Origin: Macrostomum hystrix
Taxonomy: Eukaryota > Animalia > Platyhelminthes
Assembly: GCA_950097015.1 (NCBI GenBank)
Contig: CATNEN010000012.1
Coordinates: forward strand, 1,488,001 to 1,552,000
Direction of reading: 5' to 3'
DNA length: 64,000 nt
Below the pieces are notes generated by a model. It was not told where the DNA came from. It saw only the letters and a list, made by a program, of their open reading frames with translations, and did not search any database. This document shows positions 12,560 through 24,800 of the stretch, piece after piece (positions within the stretch are counted from its first letter, which is position 1; each line of letters starts with the position of its first letter). The position numbers were made by a program, and so were the translations under genes.

Positions 12560-13589
12560 AACCAGTTCGAGTCGTTTAATTAGCCAATAATAAAATCTGA
12601 TAACTGAACTCAAGTAAAAAGATTAATTTTTGTGCAACTAAATCGTCTTTTCAATTTTATGGTCGCTTTGGTATTAGAAACAGTTTTTGTCCTCCTTCAA
12701 TTTTTCGTTCCTTTTCTTACACATATATCCTTTTATATAGCTACTACTTTTTAATGAACCATCTTGAAGCTCGACAGTGGATCCTTTCTTTAGATTATCA
12801 TTTGCATAGTGTTTGTATGCGAAGTCTCTTGTATATTTCTTTTAAATTTATATTCATATAAATCATTATTTAAGTGTAAGTTGTTTTGTTTTACTGTTTC
12901 TGGCTAACATTTCAGCTTTTTGTTTTTATTTATTTATTTTTTTCTCTATAAACTTTTATTGCTTTTCGCTAAATAATTCATGCAAAGGGTCATATTCTTC
13001 TTTTTTTGTTGCTATCGATAGCCAGTATCTTCGCCTTGATTGTTTTTGTTGTGCGACGAGATTTTTAATCTATTTGGTCATTTCCTTCGTTATTTTATGT
13101 TATTAAGAGTCGGATGAACGTTGGAACTTATAGGCTACAAGAAAAGGCTTCATATGTGTTATTTGTTTTTCAAATTAACACATCAGTAGCCTATAGATGT
13201 ATAATAAATAATATTTTGTTTGTTTTTACTAGAAATTGTTTCCGTTCATCCAACTCGAAATTTTCTTTACTGGGTGCACGCGTTAATTAACGTAGTAAAA
13301 GAAGTATTTGTTCTATAATTTTTATGCTTACCTTTCCGTGTCTTACATAATAGAATCAACATCAAACTCTATTTAAACTGACAACTTATATTTGTTATCT
13401 TTCCAAAGATAAATAAAAATCTATACTCATTTGGACACCTTTTTACCTTTCTTCGGTGTCATATCGATCGTACTGTACCAGTACCTGCTGCTATCTGTAC
13501 CTTTAGATTTATCACCGCAGATTGAGAATATTATTGAGTTAATTAACAATTTACGCAGTGCTAGGTAATGCTTATTCCCCAGTTACCAT

Positions 13590-13933
13590 AATATAATAAT
13601 AATAATTGCAGGAGGGTTGCAGGGAATGACACATCATTAGGTGACACTAGACCCGCAGCCAGCGAGGAGGCAATTCTGCCCATTCCGCTGACTCCTGAGC
13701 ACACACGCACACAGATACCGTACGCGCAGGCACACGCTCACACAGGTGTGTGCATCTGCCTTGACTTTCTCACTGTGCCTTGGAGGTTGGCCCTCAAGGG
13801 CGTAAATTGCACGACAAGCTCCCAAGCCTTCTCTCCGCGGCTGCGCCCCAAGTAAACGTGGCCTCGCCGCGGAATCGAACTTAGGGACCGTGGTGCGTGA
13901 GGCAAACGCGTTAACCGCTCTGCCACCGACCCC
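13590..13933 (-). mobile_element. tRNA-derived SINE family 2, near-full copy with probable TSD
   Basis: Head GGGGTCGGTGGCAGAGCGGTTAACGCGTTTGCCTCACGCACC...GTTCGATTCC is tRNA-Val-like. (ATT)n tail. GTTACCATA occurs on both sides (13582 and about 13941). Confidence 0.9.
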
Positions 13934-14451
13934 TTCACCCGTTACCATACTCGTAGATTACAACGTTTTAGTGTAAAATTGAATGCGTGATAAAAAATCT
14001 CATTAAAGAACAACTTATACGGCAAGAAATGCAATAAAGCAAGGTAAAGCAAGAACAACGGATATGACATATGACAACCCGCTGTGCATATCGATGGAAT
14101 TCGACCATAGACAACAGCAGAGGGCGGGCTTGCTGTTAGTTTCAACCTCGTTTCAACACGCGTAGGCTAACTACAACACTAATATGGATAGGCTTCTCGG
14201 GCTGAAACGAGGCAAAACGTCGAGGCGCGTAGTTGGTAATGTTGGTATATTATTCTTGGTATCCTTTTCATCAGTATGGTTTATGGTTAATGGTTTAGTC
14301 CCACTGAATAATTTATAAGGTTATACCTCTTAAAGAAATAATTCTCTAGACAAACTCTGTCTCATCGTCATTTATTTACAAGAACATATTTGTACGCGTG
14401 AATTTTTTCAGTAATAACTGCACGGTCATTCGCTATTATCATTACTTAATT

Positions 14452-14759
14452 CAGGGGTAGGCAAACTTATTTGCTGGCGGGCCAAAGAGAGAACCTAAAA
14501 GACGACAGCGGGCCGCATTGACTGTATAAATATGAGATAGGGGAGAGATGAGACACGGGAGAGATGAGACACGGGAGAGATGAGAAACGGGAGAGATTAG
14601 ACACGAGAGCGATGAGACACAGGAGAGATGAGACACGGGAGAGATTAGACACGAGAGAGATGCAACAGGACACTGTAGATGTCAGAAGGGGCAACGGGCC
14701 GGATTTGGGAGCTTCGAGGGCCGCATCTGGCCCGCGGGCCGGAGTTTGCCGACCCCCTG
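14452..14759 (+). mobile_element. hAT-type MITE with internal (GAGACACGGGAGAGAT)n minisatellite, copy 1
   Basis: TIRs CAGGGGTAGGCAAACT / AGTTTGCCGACCCCCTG, with a perfect 8-bp TSD ACTTAATT at 14444-14451 and 14760-14767 (8-bp TSDs are typical of hAT elements). Confidence 0.93.
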
Positions 14760-15363
14760 ACTTAATTGGACTTTATCGGCGCCAGACAACCGCCCATTAA
14801 TCGGACCCATTACAAAATAGAGGGAAGAATTATTCTGAGGGCTTGAAGAGTATTGTAAGGAGGCTCATACTGATAAACTAATCTGCAAGGTCATCGCGCC
14901 TAGCCGACTTATCCACGTTGTCTATTCACTGATGCCCTCTGGATATTATTGAGTCATAGACATTGAATCTGAGGACTCAGCATTTTTCAGTCTGAATAAG
15001 CCGCTCTTATATTGTGCGCATTCCCTCGGGAGTCAAGGCGATTTGAATATACGTCTAACAGACTTCGCACAAGCCCAGTGATGATTGAGTTGGTTTCTAA
15101 TGCTCTTAAATGTACATTTTGGGGATTCTATCGGAAGTTTTAAAAAGTACCAACTGCTGCCTCACCAATTATGTATTTTTCAGATCGCAGAATTTGTCCG
15201 AGAAGTGCGCTGAACATTTAAATGAACTTGTGAAGATTCTGATTTGTGCGTAAAATTACTGCTAAAAAATTGAACCTGAAATTTAAGAAGTCAAAATTTA
15301 ACAACGCGTAATAACGAGTGTTTTTTATCGAAGAGTAAGAGACTCTACTCGTAAGTAGATTTA

Positions 15364-16085
15364 ATAATCTACGGTCGTACAGTCTCAATAAGCCAGGCAT
15401 AGATCGCATCCTTATTTTCTTATATTTCGTGACAATTTTAACTAGCAATGTCTAAGGCGCCGTACTATTAATTGATGTAATGATAAACAGTAGCATTGTA
15501 TAAAATGTCCAGCCGACAAGGCAATTTAGGCTAATTAAAAATAATGCAAAATAAAAAGATGACAATTGGCAATTTATTAACGGTCTATAGATAATGTAGA
15601 TAAATAGACTAAAAACTATTTTTGCCGCACTGTATATCAATTGCGCAAGGCGAGGAACTTGGTTGCGTGTCACGGATAAGCGGGACTCTGTGTATAAAAG
15701 CGAATTATTGCTTTGCACTCTGAATAGCGAACTTTCTATTTTGATGTGCAAATAAAAGAAATATATTATAAATAAGGGGATGTTTCATTCATATATAATC
15801 GACGCAAAATTCATTTTCCCAGATGAACAGACAACTAGCTATGTGTCTCATTGTGTAGCTTTCGTAGTGTAGTTCTTCATCATCAGATTTTGGCATTCTC
15901 GGCTAGGCTAGCCCGCAGATTCTCGGCCAGCTTGTCCATGAACTCGAAGGTGTTGAGATAGTCCTCGCGTTTCACACTGTTGAAGTGAAAATTTGAGGTT
16001 TTAGACCTTAAAATTTGGTCCTGTGCAACCGAAGACAAGTGCAAAATGAATACCTCATGGGACAATGAGACAAAATGGTTAAATA
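15364..16085 (-). other. Duplicate copy of the IDH terminal exon (15883-15976), 3' UTR and intron end
   Basis: Near-identical to 18335-19056 (offset 2971); I noticed only two substitutions. It has the same acceptor, the same C-terminal coding sequence and AATAAA on the minus strand (15573-15578). Confidence 0.93.
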
Positions 16086-16086
16086 C

Positions 16087-18330
16087 TAAGAGAGAGGAGA
16101 CACAGGTAGGATAAGACAGGGATAAGAGAGGAGACACGGGTAGGATAAGACAGGGATAAGAGAGGAGACACGGGTAGGATAAGACAGGGATAAGAGAGGA
16201 GACACGGGTAGGATAAGACAGAGATAAGAGAGGAAACACGGGTAGGATAAGACAGGGATAAGAGAGGAGACACGGGTAGGATAAGACAGGGATAAGAGAG
16301 GAGACACGGGTAGGATGAGACAGGGATAAGAGAGGAGACACGGGTAGGATAAGACAGGGATAAGAGAGGAGACACGGGTAGGATAAGACAGGGATAAGAG
16401 AGGAGACACGGAGGATAAGATAGGAGACAGGGATAAGAGAGGAGACAGGGATAAGAGAGGAGACACGGAGGATAAGATAGGAGACAGGGATAAGAGAGGA
16501 GACACGGAGGATAAGATAGGAGACAGGGATAAGAGAGGAGACACGGATGATAAGATAGGAGAGAGGGATAAGAGAGGAGACACGGAGGATAAGATAGGAG
16601 ACAGGGATAAGAGAGGAGACACGGAGGATAAGATAGGAGACAGGGATAAGAGAGGAGACACGGAGGATAAGATAGGAGAGAGGGATAAGAGAGGAGACAC
16701 GGAGGATAAGATAGGAGACAGGGATAAGAGAGGAGACAGGGATAAGAGAGGAGACACGGAGGATAAGATAGGAGACAGGGATAAGAGAGGAGACACGGAG
16801 GATAAGATAGGAGACAGGGATAAGAGAGGAGACACGGATGATAAGATAGGAGAGAGGGATAAGAGAGGAGACACGGAGGATAAGATAGGAGACAGGGATA
16901 AGAGAGGAGACACGGAGGATAAGATAGGAGACAGGGATAAGAGAGGAGACACGGAGGATAAGATAGGAGAGAGGGATAAGAGAGGAGATACGGGTAGGAT
17001 AAGACAGGGATAAGAGAGGAGACACGGGTAGGATAAGACAGGGATAAGAGAGGAGACACGGAGGATAAGATAGGAGACAGGGATAAGAGAGGAGACAGGG
17101 ATAAGAGAGGAGACACGGAGGATAAGATAGGAGACAGGGATAAGAGAGGAGACACGGAGGATAAGATAGGAGACAGGGATAAGAGAGGAGACACGGATGA
17201 TAAGATAGGAGAGAGGGATAAGAGAGGAGACACGGAGGATAAGATAGGAGACAGGGATAAGAGAGGAGACACGGAGGATAAGATAGGAGACAGGGATAAG
17301 AGAGGAGACACGGAGGATAAGATAGGAGAGAGGGATAAGAGAGGAGACACGGAGGATAAGATAGGAGACAGGGATAAGAGAGGAGACAGGGATAAGAGAG
17401 GAGACACGGAGGATAAGATAGGAGACAGGGATAAGAGAGGAGACACGGAGGATAAGATAGGAGACAGGGATAAGAGAGGAGACACGGATGATAAGATAGG
17501 AGAGAGGGATAAGAGAGGAGACACGGAGGATAAGATAGGAGACAGGGATAAGAGAGGAGACACGGGTAGGATAAGACAGAGATAAGAGAGGAAACACGGG
17601 TAGGATAAGACAGGGATAAGAGAGGAGACACGGGTAGGATAAGACAGGGATAAGAGAGGAGACACGGGTAGGATAAGACAGGGATAAGAGAGGAGACACG
17701 GGTAGGATAAGACAGGGATAAGAGAGGAAACACGGGTAGGATAAGACAGGGATAAGAGAGGAGACACGGGTAGGATAAGACAGGGATAAGAGAGGAGACA
17801 CGGGTAGGATGAGACAGGGATAAGAGAGGAGACACGGGTAGGATAAGACAGAGATAAGAGAGGAAACACGGGTAGGATAAGACAGGGATAAGAGAGGAGA
17901 CACGGGTAGGATAAGACAGGGATAAGAGAGGAGACACGGGTAGGATAAGACAGGGATAAGAGAGGAGACACGGGTAGGATAAGACAGAGATAAGAGAGGA
18001 AACACGGGTAGGATAAGACAGGGATAAGAGAGGAGACACGGGTAGGATAAGACAGGGATAAGAGAGGAGACACGGGTAGGATGAGACAGGGATAAGAGAG
18101 GAGACACGGGTAGGATAAGACAGGGATAAGAGAGGAGACACGGGTAGGATAAGACAGGGATAAGAGAGGAGACACGGAGGATAAGATAGGAGACAGGGAT
18201 AAGAGAGGAGACAGGGATAAGAGAGGAGACACGGAGGATAAGATAGGAGACAGGGATAAGAGAGGAGACACGGAGGATAAGATAGGAGACAGGGATAAGA
18301 GAGGAGACACGGATGATAAGATAGGAGATA
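16087..18330. repeat. Purine-rich satellite block A (34-, 39- and 18-bp units)
   Basis: Units CAGGGATAAGAGAGGAGACACGGGTAGGATAAGA (34), CAGGGATAAGAGAGGAGACACGGAGGATAAGATAGGAGA (39) and CAGGGATAAGAGAGGAGA (18). Confidence 0.98.
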
Positions 18331-18853
18331 GGATATAATCTACGGTCGTACAGTCTCAATAAGCCAGGCATAGATCGCATCCTTATTTTCTTATATTTCG
18401 TGAAAATGTTAACTAGCAATGTCTAAGGCGCCGTACTATTAATTGATGTAATGATAAACAGTAGCATTGTATAAAATGTCCAGCCGACAAGGCAATTTAG
18501 GCTAATTAAAAATAATGCAAAATAAAAAGATGACAATTGGCAATTTATTAACGGTCTATAGATAATGTAGATAAATAGACTAAAAACTATTTTTGCCGCA
18601 CTGTATATCAATTGCGCAAGGCGAGGAACTTGGTTGCGTGTCACGGATAAGCGGGACTCTGTGTATAAAAGCGAATTATTGCTTTGCACTCTGAATAGCG
18701 AACTTTCTATTTTGATGTGCAAATAAAAGAAATATATTATAAATAAGGGGATGTTTCATTCATATATAATCGACGCAAAATTCATTTTCCCAGATGAACA
18801 GACAACTAGCTATGTGTCTCATTGTGTAGCTTTCGTAGTGTAGTTCTTCATCA

Positions 18854-21800
18854 TCAGATTTTGGCATTCTCGGCTAGGCTAGCCCGCAGATTCTCGGCCA
18901 GCTTGTCCATGAACTCGAAGGTGTTGAGATAGTCCTCGCGTTTCACACTGTTGAAGTGAAAATTTGAGGTTTTAGACCTTAAAATTTGGTCCTGTGCAAC
19001 CGAAGACAAGTGCAAAATGAATACCTCATGGGACAATGAGACAAAATGGTTAAATACTAAGAGAGAGGAGACACAGGTAGGATAAGACAGGGATAAGAGA
19101 GGAGACACGGGTAGGATAAGACAGGGATAAGAGAGGAGACACGGGTAGGATAAGACAGGGATAAGAGAGGAGACACGGGTAGGATAAGACAGAGATAAGA
19201 GAGGAAACACGGGTAGGATAAGACAGGGATAAGATAAGAGAGGAAACACGGGTAGGATAAGACAGGGATAAGAGAGGAGACACGGAGGATAAGATAGGAG
19301 ACAGGGATAAGAGAGGAGACAGGGATAAGAGAGGAGACACGGAGGATAAGATAGGAGACAGGGATAAGAGAGGAGACACGGAGGATAAGATAGGAGACAG
19401 GGATAAGAGAGGAGACACGGATGATAAGATAGGAGAGAGGGATAAGAGAGGAGACACGGAGGATAAGATAGGAGACAGGGATAAGAGAGGAGACACGGAG
19501 GATAAGATAGGAGACAGGGATAAGAGAGGAGACACGGAGGATAAGATAGGAGAGAGGGATAAGAGAGGAGACACGGAGGATAAGATAGGAGACAGGGATA
19601 AGAGAGGAGACAGGGATAAGAGAGGAGACACGGAGGATAAGATAGGAGACAGGGATAAGAGAGGAGACACGGAGGATAAGATAGGAGACAGGGATAAGAG
19701 AGGAGACACGGATGATAAGATAGGAGAGAGGGATAAGAGAGGAGACACGGAGGATAAGATAGGAGACAGGGATAAGAGAGGAGACACGGAGGATAAGATA
19801 GGAGACAGGGATAAGAGAGGAGACACGGAGGATAAGATAGGAGAGAGGGATAAGAGAGGAGATACGGGTAGGATAAGACAGGGATAAGAGAGGAGACACG
19901 GGTAGGATAAGACAGGGATAAGAGAGGAGACACGGAGGATAAGATAGGAGACAGGGATAAGAGAGGAGACAGGGATAAGAGAGGAGACACGGAGGATAAG
20001 ATAGGAGACAGGGATAAGAGAGGAGACACGGAGGATAAGATAGGAGACAGGGATAAGAGAGGAGACACGGATGATAAGATAGGAGAGAGGGATAAGAGAG
20101 GAGACACGGAGGATAAGATAGGAGACAGGGATAAGAGAGGAGACACGGAGGATAAGATAGGAGACAGGGATAAGAGAGGAGACACGGAGGATAAGATAGG
20201 AGAGAGGGATAAGAGAGGAGACACGGAGGATAAGATAGGAGACAGGGATAAGAGAGGAGACAGGGATAAGAGAGGAGACACGGAGGATAAGATAGGAGAC
20301 AGGGATAAGAGAGGAGACACGGAGGATAAGATAGGAGACAGGGATAAGAGAGGAGACACGGATGATAAGATAGGAGAGAGGGATAAGAGAGGAGACACGG
20401 AGGATAAGATAGGAGACAGGGATAAGAGAGGAGACACGGAGGATAAGATAGGAGACAGGGATAAGAGAGGAGACACGGAGGATAAGATAGGAGAGAGGGA
20501 TAAGAGAGGAGATACGGGTAGGATAAGACAGGGATAAGAGACGAGATACGGATTGGATAAGACAGGGATAAGAGAGGAGACACGGGTAGGATAAGACAGG
20601 GATAAGAGTGGAGACACGGGTAGGATAAGACAGGGATAAGAGAGGAGACAGGGATAAGAGAGGAGACAGGGATAAGAGAGGAGACAGGGATAAGAGACGA
20701 GACAGGGATAAGAGAGGAGACACGGGTAGGATAAGACAGGGATAAGAGACGAGATACGGATTGGATAAGACAGGGATAAGAGAGGAGACAGGGATAAGAG
20801 AGGAGACAGGGATAAGAGAGGAGACAGGGATAAGAGACGAGACAGGGATAAGAGAGGAGACACGGGTAGGATAAGACAGGGATAAGAGACGAGATACGGA
20901 TTGGATAAGACAGGGATAAGAGAGGAGACACGGGTAGGATAAGACAGGGATAAGAGTGGAGACACGGGTAGGATAAGACAGGGATAAGAGAGGAGACACG
21001 GGTAGGATAAGACAGGGATAAGAGAGGAGACACAGGTAGGATAAGACAGGGATAAGAGAGGAGACACGGGTAGGGTAAGACGGATAAGAGAGGAGACAGG
21101 GATAAGAGAGGGATAAGAGAGGAGACACGGGTAGGATAAGACAGGGATAAGAGAGGAGACACGGGTAGGATAAGACGGATAAGAGAGGAGACACGGGTAG
21201 GATAAGACAGGGATAAGAGAGGAGACACGGGTAGGATAAGACAGGGATAAGAGAGGAGACACGGGTAGGATAAGACAGGGATAAGAGAGGAGACACGGGT
21301 AGGATAAGACAGGGATAAGAGAGGAGACACGGGTAGGATAAGACAGGGATAAGAGAGGAGACACGGAGGATAAGATAGGAGACAGGGATAAGAGACGAGA
21401 CACGGAGGATAAGATAGGAGACAGGGATAAGAGAGGAGACACGGAGGATAAGATAGGAGACAGGGATAAGAGAGGAGACACGGAGGATAAGATAGGAGAG
21501 AGGGATAAGAGAGGAGATACGGGTAGGATAAGACAGGGATAAGAGACGAGATACGGATTGGATAAGACAGGGATAAGAGAGGAGACACGGGTAGGATAAG
21601 ACAGGGATAAGAGTGGAGACACGGGTAGGATAAGACAGGGATAAGAGAGGAGACAGGGATAAGAGAGGAGACAGGGATAAGAGAGGAGACAGGGATAAGA
21701 GACGAGACAGGGATAAGAGAGGAGACACGGGTAGGATAAGACAGGGATAAGAGACGAGATACGGATTGGATAAGACAGGGATAAGAGAGGACACAGGGAT

Positions 21801-24800
21801 AAGAGAGGAGACAGGGATAAGAGAGGAGACAGGGATAAGAGACGAGACAGGGATAAGAGAGGAGACACGGGTAGGATAAGACAGGGATAAGAGACGAGAT
21901 ACGGATTGGATAAGACAGGGATAAGAGAGGAGACACGGGTAGGATAAGACAGGGATAAGAGTGGAGACACGGGTAGGATAAGACAGGGATAAGAGAGGAG
22001 ACACGGGTAGGATAAGACAGGGATAAGAGAGGAGACACAGGTAGGATAAGACAGGGATAAGAGAGGAGACACGGGTAGGATAAGACAGGGATAAGAGAGG
22101 AGACACGGGTAGGATAAGACAGAGATAAGAGAGGAAACACGGGTAGGATAAGACAGGCATAAGAGAGGAGACACGAGTAGGATAAGACGGATAAGAGAGG
22201 AGACACGGGTAGGATAAGACAGGGATAAGAGAGGAGACACGGGTAGGATAAGACAGGGATAAGAGAGGAGACACGGGTAGGATAAGACAGGGATAAGAGA
22301 GGAGACACGGGTAGGATAAGAAGGGATAAGAGAGGAGACACGGGTAGGATAAGACAGGGATAAGAGAGGAGACACGGGTAGGATAAGACAGGGATAAGAG
22401 AGGAGACACGGGTAGGATAAGACAGGGATAAGAGAGGAAACACGGGTAGGATAAGACAGGGATAAGAGAGGAGACACGGGTAGGATAAGACAGGGATAAG
22501 AGAGGAGACACGGGTAGGATGAGACAGGGATAAGAGAGGAGACACGGGTAGGATAAGACAGAGATAAGAGAGGAAACACGGGTAGGATAAGACAGGGATA
22601 AGAGAGGAGACACGGGTAGGATAAGACAGGGATAAGAGAGGAGACACGGGTAGGATAAGACAGGGATAAGAGAGGAGACACGGGTAGGATAAGACAGAGA
22701 TAAGAGAGGAAACACGGGTAGGATAAGACAGGGATAAGAGAGGAGACACGGGTAGGATAAGACAGGGATAAGAGAGGAGACAGGGATAAGAGACGAGACA
22801 GGGATAAGAGAGGAGACACGGGTAGGATAAGACAGGGATAAGAGAGGAGACACGGGTAGGATAAGACAGGGATAAGAGAGGAGACACGGAGGATAAGATA
22901 GGAGACAGGGATAAGAGAGGAGACAGGGATAAGAGAGGAGACACGGAGGATAAGATAGGAGACAGGGATAAGAGAGGAGACACGGAGGATAAGATAGGAG
23001 ACAGGGATAAGAGAGGAGACACGGATGATAAGATAGGAGAGAGGGATAAGAGAGGAGACACGGAGGATAAGATAGGAGACAGGGATAAGAGAGGAGACAC
23101 GGAGGATAAGATAGGAGACAGGGATAAGAGAGGAGACACGGAGGATAAGATAGGAGAGAGGGATAAGAGAGGAGACACGGAGGATAAGATAGGAGACAGG
23201 GATAAGAGAGGAGACAGGGATAAGAGAGGAGACACGGAGGATAAGATAGGAGACAGGGATAAGAGAGGAGACACGGAGGATAAGATAGGAGACAGGGATA
23301 AGAGAGGAGACACGGATGATAAGATAGGAGAGAGGGATAAGAGAGGAGACACGGAGGATAAGATAGGAGACAGGGATAAGAGAGGAGACACGGAGGATAA
23401 GATAGGAGACAGGGATAAGAGAGGAGACACGGAGGATAAGATAGGAGAGAGGGATAAGAGAGGAGATACGGGTAGGATAAGACAGGGATAAGAGACGAGA
23501 TACGGATTGGATAAGACAGGGATAAGAGAGGAGACACGGGTAGGATAAGACAGGGATAAGAGTGGAGACACGGGTAGGATAAGACAGGGATAAGAGAGGA
23601 GACAGGGATAAGAGAGGAGACAGGGATAAGAGAGGAGACAGGGATAAGAGACGAGACAGGGATAAGAGAGGAGACACGGGTAGGATAAGACAGGGATAAG
23701 AGACGAGATACGGATTGGATAAGACAGGGATAAGAGAGGAGACAGGGATAAGAGAGGAGACAGGGATAAGAGAGGAGACAGGGATAAGAGACGAGACAGG
23801 GATAAGAGAGGAGACACGGGTAGGATAAGACAGGGATAAGAGACGAGATACGGATTGGATAAGACAGGGATAAGAGAGGAGACACGGGTAGGATAAGACA
23901 GGGATAAGAGTGGAGACACGGGTAGGATAAGACAGGGATAAGAGAGGAGACACGGGTAGGATAAGACAGGGATAAGAGAGGAGACACAGGTAGGATAAGA
24001 CAGGGATAAGAGAGGAGACACGGGTAGGGTAAGACGGATAAGAGAGGAGACACGGGTAGGATAAGACAGGGATAAGAGAGGAGACACGGGTAGGATAAGA
24101 CAGGGATAAGAGAGGAGACACGGGTAGGATAAGACGGATAAGAGAGGAGACACGGGTAGGATAAGACAGGGATAAGAGAGGAGACACGGGTAGGATAAGA
24201 CAGGGATAAGAGAGGAGACACGGGTAGGATAAGACAGGGATAAGAGAGGAGACACGGGTAGGATAAGACAGGGATAAGAGAGGAGACACGGGTAGGATAA
24301 GACAGGGATAAGAGAGGAGACACGGAGGATAAGATAGGAGACAGGGATAAGAGAGGAGACAGGGATAAGAGAGGAGACACGGAGGATAAGACAGGGATAA
24401 GAGAGGAGACACGGGTAGGATAAGACAGGGATAAGAGAGGAGACACGGGTAGGATAAGACAGGGATAAGAGAGGAGACACGGGTAGGATAAGACAGGGAT
24501 AAGAGAGGAGACACGGGTAGGATAAGACAGGGATAAGAGAGGAGACACGGGTAGGATAAGACAGGGATAAGAGAGGAGACACGGGTAGGGTAAGACGGAT
24601 AAGAGAGGAGACACGGGTAGGATAAGACAGGGATAAGAGAGGAGACACGGGTAGGATAAGACAGGGATAAGAGAGGAGACACGGGTAGGATAAGACGGAT
24701 AAGAGAGGAGACACGGGTAGGATAAGACAGGGATAAGAGAGGAGACACGGGTAGGATAAGACAGGGATAAGAGAGGAGACACGGGTAGGATAAGACAGGG

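Noticed and set aside
14146-14212. 10-bp inverted repeat CCTCGTTTCA / TGAAACGAGG with a 47-nt spacer
   Set aside because: Short enough to be chance; no TSD and no ribozyme core.
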